Both the position numbers and the translations under genes were made by a program. The notes beneath the pieces were generated by a model. The model worked only from the letters and a program-made list of their open reading frames with translations. It was not told the origin of the DNA and made no database searches. From positions 1-64,000 of the forward strand of contig CAXBME010000001.1 in NCBI GenBank assembly GCA_963976765.1: DNA of 64,000 nucleotides, read 5' to 3'. The stretch is from an uncultured Planctomycetaceae bacterium. Lineage in GTDB: Bacteria; Planctomycetota; Planctomycetia; Planctomycetales; Planctomycetaceae. Shown piece by piece: positions 20,074 through 28,135 of this stretch. How positions within the stretch are numbered: the first letter of the stretch is position 1; every line of letters starts with the position of its first letter.

Positions 20074-21495
20074 TTAGTAGTAAACAAGATCGACGATGCG
20101 GCCTGGAATCAGGCGGACTCGCTGAGTCCCCAAGCTTCCGAGATTCTCCTCGACCGTCTTTTCGAACACACGCCCGTATCGCTTTTCGAAGACAGTTTGC
20201 TCACGAACGAGTTCAAACTTGACGTCGTAGACGTTTGGCACGGTCGTCAGGAGCGGATCGGATTCAAAGTGCCAGACGTTGTCATCGCCTCGGAACCCTT
20301 CCAGAGGTTTGAAGTAGTTGTACATATCTCGAGCGGTGACTTTGATTTTGACATCCGAAGCCAGACCGGCTCGAAGTGTGTCGATTACCTCGACGTCGAG
20401 CATGCCGATGCGAGGATGCTTGTCCCAGTCGATCATCCGTGTCGGACGCATGTAGGTTCTGCCCAGCGTTCCCGGCGGCCGCGCTCCAGTGTCTGTGTAG
20501 CCGTAAACAGTCGAAATCTGAGACGGCGGATTAATCGGCCCGGCCGGGACCGGTTGCGGTGGCGCCGGGACGTAGGGGGGGACTCCTTGAGGAACCTGCT
20601 GAATCGGCAGGGCAGGTCCAGCATAAGCCGGCATTGGCTGTGCAGGTCCGTACTGAGGAGCCGCGTATTGCGGAGCCATCTGCGGTCCTGCTGTCTGCGG
20701 AGCAAACCCTGGCTGCATGCCGGCTTGCGGTGCCGCCTGAAACGGTTGCTGACCTGGATTCAGTGGAACGATCTGCTGAGGAGCATTTACTCCAGCTCCC
20801 ACCTGGCCATTAAAGACGCCAGGGTCAGCCGGAACTGCTGGCTGGCTTGGATCGGTCGCCTGGGCCACCTGATACTGTTGTAACTGGATCCCGTTTGGAT
20901 AGCCGACCTGGCCAGGTGCGGCCTGCATGGGCAACGCCTGAGCCGGTGCTGTCTGGTAAGGAACGGTCTGCATGGCCGCGGCGCTGTGCGTTGATGAGAG
21001 AGCACTCGGGTGAACCCAACGCGGTGCCGGAGCGGCGATAGCGATAACCGGAACGGTGCCAGGCGGACGAGCCCACTTTGGAACCGGGTCAGGTGGTCCT
21101 GCCGGAGCGGCTGGTACCGCAGCCTGTGTAGAAACTGGAACAAAGCCCTGTACTGGCGCGACGGGTGCTCCGTACGCGGCCCAGTATCCAGCGGGCGCCC
21201 GGTGAGCGAATCCACCAGATGATCCACCAGATGAACCGCCGCTGGAACCTCTTGAGAAACCCCCGGACGAGCCGCCCGAGGAACCACCCGAACTGCCGGA
21301 ATGACTAAGGCCGATCGCGAAGCCACCGGACGAGCCACCGCTGGAGCCTCCGGATGAACCTCCACTGGAGCCCCCGCTTGATCCACCCAGGACACCGAAC
21401 AGGTCGAGCGCGTGGCTCGGCGTGGCGTCGAACCCGACAATCGCAGCGGCTACTGTCGCAGCTGCGGCGAGTTTTCTTCTGTTGAACAAGGCCAT
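20074..21495 (-). CDS. Secreted hypothetical protein: SSGG repeats, P/Q/A-rich region, C-terminal globular domain
   Basis: GGGGAG SD, signal peptide ending SHA, 11 SSGG units, low-complexity middle, about 110-aa normal-composition C-terminus. Confidence 0.8.
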   Translation of the reverse strand: MALFNRRKLAAAATVAAAIVGFDATPSHALDLFGVLGGSSGGSSGGSSGGSSGGSSGGFAIGLSHSGSSGGSSGGSSGGFSRGSSGGSSGGSSGGFAHRAPAGYWAAYGAPVAPVQGFVPVSTQAAVPAAPAGPPDPVPKWARPPGTVPVIAIAAPAPRWVHPSALSSTHSAAAMQTVPYQTAPAQALPMQAAPGQVGYPNGIQLQQYQVAQATDPSQPAVPADPGVFNGQVGAGVNAPQQIVPLNPGQQPFQAAPQAGMQPGFAPQTAGPQMAPQYAAPQYGPAQPMPAYAGPALPIQQVPQGVPPYVPAPPQPVPAGPINPPSQISTVYGYTDTGARPPGTLGRTYMRPTRMIDWDKHPRIGMLDVEVIDTLRAGLASDVKIKVTARDMYNYFKPLEGFRGDDNVWHFESDPLLTTVPNVYDVKFELVREQTVFEKRYGRVFEKTVEENLGSLGTQRVRLIPGRIVDLVYY

Positions 21496-21885
21496 TCTGA
21501 CGATACTCCCCTGAGACTATTCCGCTGAATCGATAAACAGTCCGCTGACAGGCACCTGCAATTTCAGCCCGCGCAAGTCGAAACTGTGTGAATCTCTGAT
21601 CGAACCTAGCATGAGCCCTGACGATCGAGACCGGATGCCTTTCCGCTGTTTCAGTTTTCTCACAGACAAAACGCCACAGGATGCGATTCTCAGAAGATCA
21701 GGTCTCTCATGACACGCCCGCACGAACCATCTAAACCGAACGAGCGATACCGGTACTCTTGCGGCAGACACGTTCTGATTTGAGGCGTCGCGTCGCTGTT
21801 GTTCAAGAAGCGGCTACGTTGCCATACTCTGCTGCAAATGTCGCTGGTAATGTTGCCAGTCTTCTTCAGAATGCGTGGAGAAAGC

Positions 21886-23004
21886 ATGGTTTTCCTGATC
21901 GCCACGTGTTTTGGCTCTGCACTGCTTGTATCAATCGTGGCGACACGGATCGTCCAGCAACTGGCACCAAAGCTGGGGCTGATTGATCAGCCGGCTGCCC
22001 GAAAGGTACACGTGACGCCAACTCCGCTTGGAGGTGGAATCGGGATCTGGCTGGGCGTTGTTCTACCTCTGGCTGCAGCTCATTTGACGGTCTGGCTGAT
22101 TGCTCGACAGGATCTGCCACCCAAATGGTTGCCTGAAGAATTCTGGCCGTATCTTGACGGAATGCTCAATCAGGCCGGACAGCTTTGGAGCATCGTGGCT
22201 GGCGGAACAGTTTTATCAGTCATGGGGCTGATCGACGATCGGAAGAATCTTCCGTGGCAACCTCGCCTGGTGATTCAGATTCTGGTGGCCTGTGCACTCG
22301 CAGCAAGCGGTGTCCGCGCAACCGTTTTTGCTCCCTGGCCCTGGCTGGGATTTATGATCGCGGTTGGCTGGATGCTGGTCCTGATTAACTCGATCAACTT
22401 CCTGGACAACATGGACGGACTCACCGGCGGAATTGGGCTGATCGCGTCGTTGATGTTTGCAGTCATTATGTTGACTGCGTTGAGCGAGCCGCGATGGTTT
22501 GTCGCCGCGGTGTTGCTGATTCTGGCAGGCTCGTTAACTGGATTTCTCTGGTGGAACTGGTCGCCCGCCAGCATCTTCATGGGCGACACGGGGAGCTACT
22601 TCGTCGGCCTGATGCTTGCGTCGATGACGATTGTCGGCACATTTTACGAAGAGTCACCAGCAATCGGACGCCACGTAATGCTGGCTCCTCTGTGCGTGCT
22701 GGCCGTGCCGCTTTACGACTTCACCAGCGTGATGCTGATCCGACTGCGCGAAGGAAGAAGCCCATTCAGCCCGGACAAGAGCCACTTCTCACACCGACTG
22801 GTCGAACTGGGGCTTCAGCCGAGAAACGCGGTACTCACCGTTCACCTGGCAACGCTGACGACGGGCCTGGGAGGCATCCTGCTCTACAAGGTGCCGGACT
22901 GGTCGTCGTCGGCGATCGTTCTGGGGTTGATCGCGTGTGTGCTGTTTATCGTGGCGATTCTGGAAACCGCCGGGCGAGCCAAACGAGAAGAAGAAACGAA
23001 ATGA
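21886..23004 (+). CDS. MraY/WecA family polyprenyl-phosphate HexNAc-1-P transferase
   Basis: [48 protein letters not shown], multiple TM helices. Confidence 0.93.
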   Translation: MVFLIATCFGSALLVSIVATRIVQQLAPKLGLIDQPAARKVHVTPTPLGGGIGIWLGVVLPLAAAHLTVWLIARQDLPPKWLPEEFWPYLDGMLNQAGQLWSIVAGGTVLSVMGLIDDRKNLPWQPRLVIQILVACALAASGVRATVFAPWPWLGFMIAVGWMLVLINSINFLDNMDGLTGGIGLIASLMFAVIMLTALSEPRWFVAAVLLILAGSLTGFLWWNWSPASIFMGDTGSYFVGLMLASMTIVGTFYEESPAIGRHVMLAPLCVLAVPLYDFTSVMLIRLREGRSPFSPDKSHFSHRLVELGLQPRNAVLTVHLATLTTGLGGILLYKVPDWSSSAIVLGLIACVLFIVAILETAGRAKREEETK

Positions 23005-23060
23005 GCATCCTCAGTGACGAGGATGCTCACGAGCGGTACTCGGCACTTTCGTCGTAGTCC

Positions 23061-23126
23061 GCAGGGTGCGACAAGATGCACCATTTTGGGCGATAGCCAT
23101 TCTGGGGCGTCAGGACGCACCCCTAC
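23061..23126. repeat. Inverted REP pair (GTAGGGTGCGTC..GACGCACC type)
   Basis: gcagggtgcgacaagatgcacc ... ggggcgtcaggacgcacccctac; same family at 33085 and 45608. Confidence 0.7.
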
Positions 23127-23142
23127 GGCAACTGAAACAGAT

Positions 23143-23580
23143 TTAGACGGCGACCGTGTCGGCCACGGCAGGCTCAGTTTTTGCCTCGCGGGCATGAGTC
23201 AGCAGGAAATCGTTGATTCGAACTTCTCCGTCAACTGGCTCAAGGAACGATTCGAAGAGCTGAACGATAACGCCCTGAAAGCGGTCTCGACAGACGGAAT
23301 AGAAGTTGTGCTTACCGTCGCGGCGAACTGTCAGAATTCCGGCTTGCTTGAGCAGCGCCAGATGATGGCTGACGGCCGGCTGGCTCTGATCCAGACGCTG
23401 ACAGAATTCCGTAACGTTGAGTTCAGCTTCATTCAGCAGGTAGAAAATGATTCGCAGACGGTTGGCGTCCGAAAGCATTTTGCAGAGATGAGCCAACTCG
23501 GCACGAAACTCGGTGGTGGATTCCAGTTCAAAATTGGCGGATTCTGGTGTCGTATCAGCATGATCGAGCGTAGCAATCAT
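23143..23580 (-). CDS. ArsR/SmtB family transcriptional regulator
   Basis: KMLSDANRLRII, SQPAVSHHLALLK, RRDGKHNFYS. Confidence 0.92.
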   Translation of the reverse strand: MIATLDHADTTPESANFELESTTEFRAELAHLCKMLSDANRLRIIFYLLNEAELNVTEFCQRLDQSQPAVSHHLALLKQAGILTVRRDGKHNFYSVCRDRFQGVIVQLFESFLEPVDGEVRINDFLLTHAREAKTEPAVADTVAV

Positions 23581-23855
23581 AACTCGCTCCAATTTGGCAC
23601 GTGTTGAAGAGATGCTCCCGCAGGTTCTGAACGAACGTTGCAGCCTCGGCAGCGATGGGACGGAAGGTATCCGTCGCATCAAAATACAGACAGGCGTTTT
23701 GTCGTTAATCTTTCCGGTTTTTGCGTCGCCAGTGAGGGCGAGGTCACATAAATCTCGCACATTTTCAATGGTTCGCGGTTCGTGAGGCCAGAAGATGATT
23801 CGTTACAGTGACGGAGCGGCTGATATTTACAGCAGCGTTCAGAGATTTGAGCGAC

Positions 23856-24581
23856 CTACTCGTGCAGATCGTCCACGGTGATCGAACCATTGTGCAGCGC
23901 TGACGCGACAAGGACGCCATTGACTCCAGCGGAGCGGAGTGTTGAGAGATCGTTTGATGACCGGATCCCCCCACCGGTGATCAGCTTCAGCTTCGGGGCG
24001 AAGTCTCTCAGCGACTGACAGAGCTCTAAAGTCGCTGGCCCCGAACTAACGCCGACTGCGGCCAGATCGAGGACAATCAACTCGCGGATTCCGCACTCAA
24101 TCGCGGCGCATCCAATCTCAACGGGATCGTCGCTGACCATATCGTCGAACCTGCGAATTGGACGTCCGGATTTCAGGTCAAGGCTGAAGATCACTCGGTC
24201 CCTGCCGACCTTCTGAAGCATCATCTCAAGGGAAGCCAGCAGCGGCCAGGTCTCGAGACCCACGACGGCTTTCGAAGCTCCGGCCATCAGCATCACGTCG
24301 ACGTCAAGGACATTCCGCATCCCAGCGTCGATCAATAGCTCGAAGCCGTCGGCCTTCAGCTCTTCGTAGATTTCGACATTGGGCTCGGTATTCAGGATGG
24401 CATCCAGGTCGGCGACATAAAGAGTCGACAGCCCAAACGTATTCCGAAAGGCGTTCGCGACAGCCAGCGGCTCGAAAGAATCAGTGAGGCAACTTTCAAC
24501 CGGACGGTACTGATCGCGCTGTCCGGCCACACCGCGCACGACCTTCGCATCTCGAATATCGAGGACGGGAATAATTCGCAT
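23856..24581 (-). CDS. HisA/HisF-related TIM-barrel protein (C1-cofactor-linked hisAF-like family)
   Basis: MRIIPVLDI..VVRG..G.R..YRP, YVADLDAI, FSLDLK, LIVLDLAAVG..SG, GGGIR, VASALH. Confidence 0.85.
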   Translation of the reverse strand: MRIIPVLDIRDAKVVRGVAGQRDQYRPVESCLTDSFEPLAVANAFRNTFGLSTLYVADLDAILNTEPNVEIYEELKADGFELLIDAGMRNVLDVDVMLMAGASKAVVGLETWPLLASLEMMLQKVGRDRVIFSLDLKSGRPIRRFDDMVSDDPVEIGCAAIECGIRELIVLDLAAVGVSSGPATLELCQSLRDFAPKLKLITGGGIRSSNDLSTLRSAGVNGVLVASALHNGSITVDDLHE

Positions 24582-24775
24582 GGACTACTTCCATGATCTG
24601 ATGTGAGTCGTCATTTGTCGCTCAGCTTTTCACAAGATTCCATGAAGCTGAGTGCTGAGCGGTTCTGGCGGATTGTGAGCATCGATTTCAGAGAGGTAGC
24701 GAGTCAAAATTGCCCGAGCTTCATCAGGACATCTCATTCGTAAATAGCTCATGTTGATCACGCTTTGGTCGGCGC

Positions 24776-24820
24776 AAAAGAAACGACCACCGATCGCTTG
24801 TAATCAGCGACAGATGGTCG
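24776..24820 (-). terminator. Rho-independent terminator after the HU-lipoprotein genes
   Basis: Minus strand: cgaccatctgtcgct...agcgatcggtggtcg then tttctttt. Confidence 0.55.
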
Positions 24821-24926
24821 GATTTGATTGATCGCAGGTTCGTCCGACGAGTACGGAACTCCACAGCGACGAATCCATGTCAGAACGTGACAGGTTCGAT
24901 CGAAAAGTCACCCGCGACAGTCGAAC

Positions 24927-25145
24927 TCAGATGACGCCGCCGTGCGTTCGGTATGGCGTTGCCAGGTCTGGTAGTTCCAGGCCCCAGACGCGTTCCCAGA
25001 TGCCATTGATATGACGATAGCCTTCCGACACGTAGATAAGCTGTCGGGTCCGGGTGTCCGCAGATGACGAGTAAATTGGAACAACACAGCCAATCTGTAC
25101 GGCACAGAGCGCTGTCAGGATGGTCGTAAGGACGATCTTCCGCAT
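24927..25145 (-). CDS. Small hypothetical lipoprotein (72 aa)
   Basis: GGAGG SD, signal ending QIG-C, C-terminus TPYRTHGGVI. Confidence 0.8.
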   Translation of the reverse strand: MRKIVLTTILTALCAVQIGCVVPIYSSSADTRTRQLIYVSEGYRHINGIWERVWGLELPDLATPYRTHGGVI

Positions 25146-25150
25146 GGAAA

Positions 25151-25198
25151 ACTCCTCCATGAGTCGGCGGCTGCATCCGGCAGTTGCGAATCCTTCAC
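25151..25198 (-). promoter_or_regulatory. Three tandem GGA-loop hairpins (CsrA-type)
   Basis: gugaa-GGA-uucgc, ugc-cGGAu-gca, acuc-auGGAg-gagu; the last overlaps the SD. Confidence 0.55.
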
Positions 25199-25211
25199 AA
25201 CTGTTTTCAGC

Positions 25212-25703
25212 TTACATTCCTGGTGTTGACGGCGGGTTGCTGTCGAACGGTGGCGGTGTGGCTGATCCAGACGAGTTTGGTTGGATTGACTGAGATGAAC
25301 TGTGTTGGTCGGGGAACTTTTCCGACGAAGTCGGTGGCGAAGAAAACGGCGGTGAGGTGGTCGATGGATTTGCAGCGTTCTGATCGGCGGCAGCCTCTGA
25401 TGCTCGCTTTTCAGCTTCCCGCCGTTCCAGAAGACGGACCTTCTCCTCCATCTCTTTGCCAGGTTTAAACGTCACGACATATTTTTCAGCAACATCGACC
25501 CGTTCGCCAGTTCTCGGATTGCGGGCTTTGCGAGCCGCTCGCTTCTTCACCTCGAACACGCCGAAGTTCCGAAGCTCAATCCGATGCTCGCGCACAAGTG
25601 TGTCGATAATTGCATCGAAGGTTTGTTGGACAATTTCTTTCGTCTTCAGTTGGGTCATCCCAATCTGTTCCGAAATTGCCTTCACAATATCTTTTTTCGT
25701 CAC
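25212..25703 (-). CDS. HU/IHF family DNA-binding protein with Pro/Ser-rich C-terminal tail
   Basis: GTG start (M)[30 protein letters not shown]. Confidence 0.94.
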   Translation of the reverse strand: MTKKDIVKAISEQIGMTQLKTKEIVQQTFDAIIDTLVREHRIELRNFGVFEVKKRAARKARNPRTGERVDVAEKYVVTFKPGKEMEEKVRLLERREAEKRASEAAADQNAANPSTTSPPFSSPPTSSEKFPDQHSSSQSIQPNSSGSATPPPFDSNPPSTPGM

Positions 25704-25729
25704 AACTGAGTCTCCGCCCAGCGGTGCCG

Positions 25730-25854
25730 CAGGACATCCCATCCGAGATCGGATACGAGCCGGAACTGTAAACCCGAATTGAACTTAGTGTCAACCGGCG
25801 GGCTGTTGAAACAGCTCCGGCTGACCGTAAATTCGAGCCTTCCAGGATGTCCTG
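25730..25854 (-). ncRNA. Candidate structured 5' leader RNA of the HU gene
   Basis: 10-bp closing stem caggacaucc/ggauguccug enclosing nested stems with G-U pairs that form only on the minus strand. Confidence 0.45.
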
Positions 25855-25860
25855 AAGTCA

Positions 25861-25868
25861 CTATCGGC
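25861..25868 (-). promoter_or_regulatory. sigma28-like -10 element GCCGATAG
   Basis: 7/8 match to GCCGATAA, about 6 nt before the structured leader; no clear -35. Confidence 0.4.
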
Positions 25869-26273
25869 ATTAACACGACTATGAAATCAGAAGAATCGTC
25901 AAAATCCGCAAAGTTTACCCGAAGTTCGGTTTCAGCGGCGTCTGAACCACGAATAGTCACAAATTGACACGAGCAAGTAAACGTTTCTACGGGACTCGGC
26001 GTGTCAATTTGTGTTCATTCGGGGTTCTGTCTGGCAAACCGTCAGGTCTGCCTTACTCGTAGGGGATATCCACAGAAGTTCCAGAACTCAGCAGGCAGCT
26101 CGGTCAAGTAAACCACCGTCACCACAAAATACGGAAGTTGTTTACAGGAAACGACTACTGACTGTCGACTCTTCCAGCAGGATTCGCCGAAGTTTTCTCC
26201 AGCCTCACTATCCCGGCCGGTTAATGGCGGCCAGGTTGTCTCAACCTGCTGCTTTGATTGATTCAACAAACAG

Positions 26274-26927
26274 TTATGTCGCGTCCGTCATGTCGTCGCC
26301 GTTGTAGTGTTCGTAGAAGAGACGTCCGATCTCTTCACTGATCCTTGCCAGATATTGAAGCTGGAATTGTGCCCGGCTGATGTCACTGGCGTCTCGTGGA
26401 GCGGCCAGCGGGTATCGCGAGATCAGTTCCTTGCTGTAGGTCTGCTCGCCGTCGCCGAATTCGTCGAGTTCGTAAACGCTGACGACACCTTCCGAGCGCC
26501 CTCGGTAAAGTTCGTGACTGTTTTCTTCGTAGAGCGTGAAGCTCGTCAGGTCGATGTAAACGACGTGGGTTGCTCCGACCGCCTTGCCGATTTCGTCCGG
26601 CTCATCCCAGTCGGGGTGTTCGTCGATCCATTCCTGCACGAGGTCTGGTGTGATGACTTTGATCTTGTGATTGTGGAGTCGTCGCGCGACGGCCACAGCG
26701 ATGTCTCGATCGACGTGGGCAAAACTGTAAAGCACTTCTTTTGGAGCGAAGCAGGCCACCGCGACAACAATACCAGGATTTGTCAGCGATTCGCTGGTCA
26801 TGGCGTCGTAGTCGGGCTCGATCGACGGCGGGCCACCGATGAGATAACCCAGCAGAACGATGTAGTTGCACCCGCTCGTCGCACTAATCAGAGCAACCAG
26901 TAAGCAGGTAGTCAGTAGCCGTTTCAT
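26274..26927 (-). CDS. Hypothetical lipoprotein (paralog of the upstream gene)
   Basis: Lipobox TSG-C, AGGTGA SD. Confidence 0.85.
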   Translation of the reverse strand: MKRLLTTCLLVALISATSGCNYIVLLGYLIGGPPSIEPDYDAMTSESLTNPGIVVAVACFAPKEVLYSFAHVDRDIAVAVARRLHNHKIKVITPDLVQEWIDEHPDWDEPDEIGKAVGATHVVYIDLTSFTLYEENSHELYRGRSEGVVSVYELDEFGDGEQTYSKELISRYPLAAPRDASDISRAQFQLQYLARISEEIGRLFYEHYNGDDMTDAT

Positions 26928-27147
26928 AGGTCACCTTTGTCGAACCTTGTTTGAAGAGTCGGTTTGCTCGGAGTCATCACCGGGCAGGTACGAATTAACA
27001 AGGTCGCAGACGTGTGTATTCAGTATTTAGAGACGTTTGCTTTTTGTCGCATTTTCATGGTTTTTGTGCAGGAGCTGGAGTGCCGAAAGGCATTTGTTTC
27101 CGTGGTGCCGATCCTGCAGGGCACTGAAGACTGATTCCGAAAGTGTT

Positions 27148-27834
27148 CTAGAATTCGTCGGTTGTCTGGTAGTCGTGGAACTGTCGAGCAATCTGGCGAG
27201 TCAGTGTGTCGATAAACTGCCGCTGGAATGCGTGTGGTGACATCTCGTGAATAGAGACCGGACGGAACCGCGGGTGGTCCATCGAGAACCCGCTGCGGAA
27301 AGCTTCGTACGCGGTCCGTTTGCCGCCGATCATCGTTGTTTCGTGAACGCGGATTGTGCCTTGGGCGTGCCCCTTCAGCATGTCTTTGCTGTTTTCTTCG
27401 AAGAATCGAACAGTCTGAACGTCGACTACCGCGATGAAGTCCGCATCGAAGTCGCGAGCCAGTTCTTTGACGTCGTCAAACTCACCGCCGTTATCGTCAA
27501 GCCACCGCGACACCTTATCCGGAGAAACGACGTTGACGCCTTTCTGCTTCAGCCGTCGCAGCAGACCATCGGTCAGGTCGTATTCAAAAGTCGGAGCTTC
27601 GTTGAGAATCAAATGCGGGCTTCGGCAGACGACCAGCAGCGACTTTTCACCTTCGGTCAGGTCGACTCCGGTCTGTGTTTTGAATGAGGCATCAACCTTC
27701 GGATTACCAAACAGCATCTTCCCACCCATGACGAGCAACGAGCAGCCGCCGACGCTGAACGGAATTAAAACCGCAGCAGTCAGGAGCAGCGCACAGCGCA
27801 GCCGCGAGGCGAATTTGAACGGCGAAGCGTTCAT
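27148..27834 (-). CDS. Hypothetical lipoprotein
   Basis: Lipobox-like VGG-C; visibly alignable with 26274-26927; start uncertain (TTG 27849 possible). Confidence 0.82.
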   Translation of the reverse strand: MNASPFKFASRLRCALLLTAAVLIPFSVGGCSLLVMGGKMLFGNPKVDASFKTQTGVDLTEGEKSLLVVCRSPHLILNEAPTFEYDLTDGLLRRLKQKGVNVVSPDKVSRWLDDNGGEFDDVKELARDFDADFIAVVDVQTVRFFEENSKDMLKGHAQGTIRVHETTMIGGKRTAYEAFRSGFSMDHPRFRPVSIHEMSPHAFQRQFIDTLTRQIARQFHDYQTTDEF

Positions 27835-28135
27835 AAACAGGTTGCTCAATTGTGGGGATGAATAAGGAGCCAGCGAATGGTTGAGCCGGAAATTGACCGG
27901 AGATTCGCCAGAGTGTTGTACCGATGTGAAGTCGATTCAGAAGGGCTGGACTGGGTGACCAGTCCGGAAGGGGCGAGTGTGATATCCGCATCGAAGAATC
28001 GCCGCAAGATGAGTTGCCATCGGTGATTTCGACGACTTGTTTCGGTCGCGCCGGCGGCAGTCAGGAGGCAGGGACGAGCCCCGGCTTACAGATATTGCTG
28101 GGACTCGTCCCAGCCTGCGGATCGCCGGAACTATT

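Noticed and set aside
21208..21388. SSGG-coding repeats as a CRISPR or DNA tandem array
   Set aside because: 12-nt codon-degenerate units inside a CDS, with no spacers and no cas genes
23014..23607. 197-aa plus-strand ORF
   Set aside because: Antisense to a clear ArsR gene and runs through a REP pair
26036..26100. CCGTCAGGTC as an SRP RNA core
   Set aside because: The following CGGAAGGAAGCAGC motif and enclosing stem are missing
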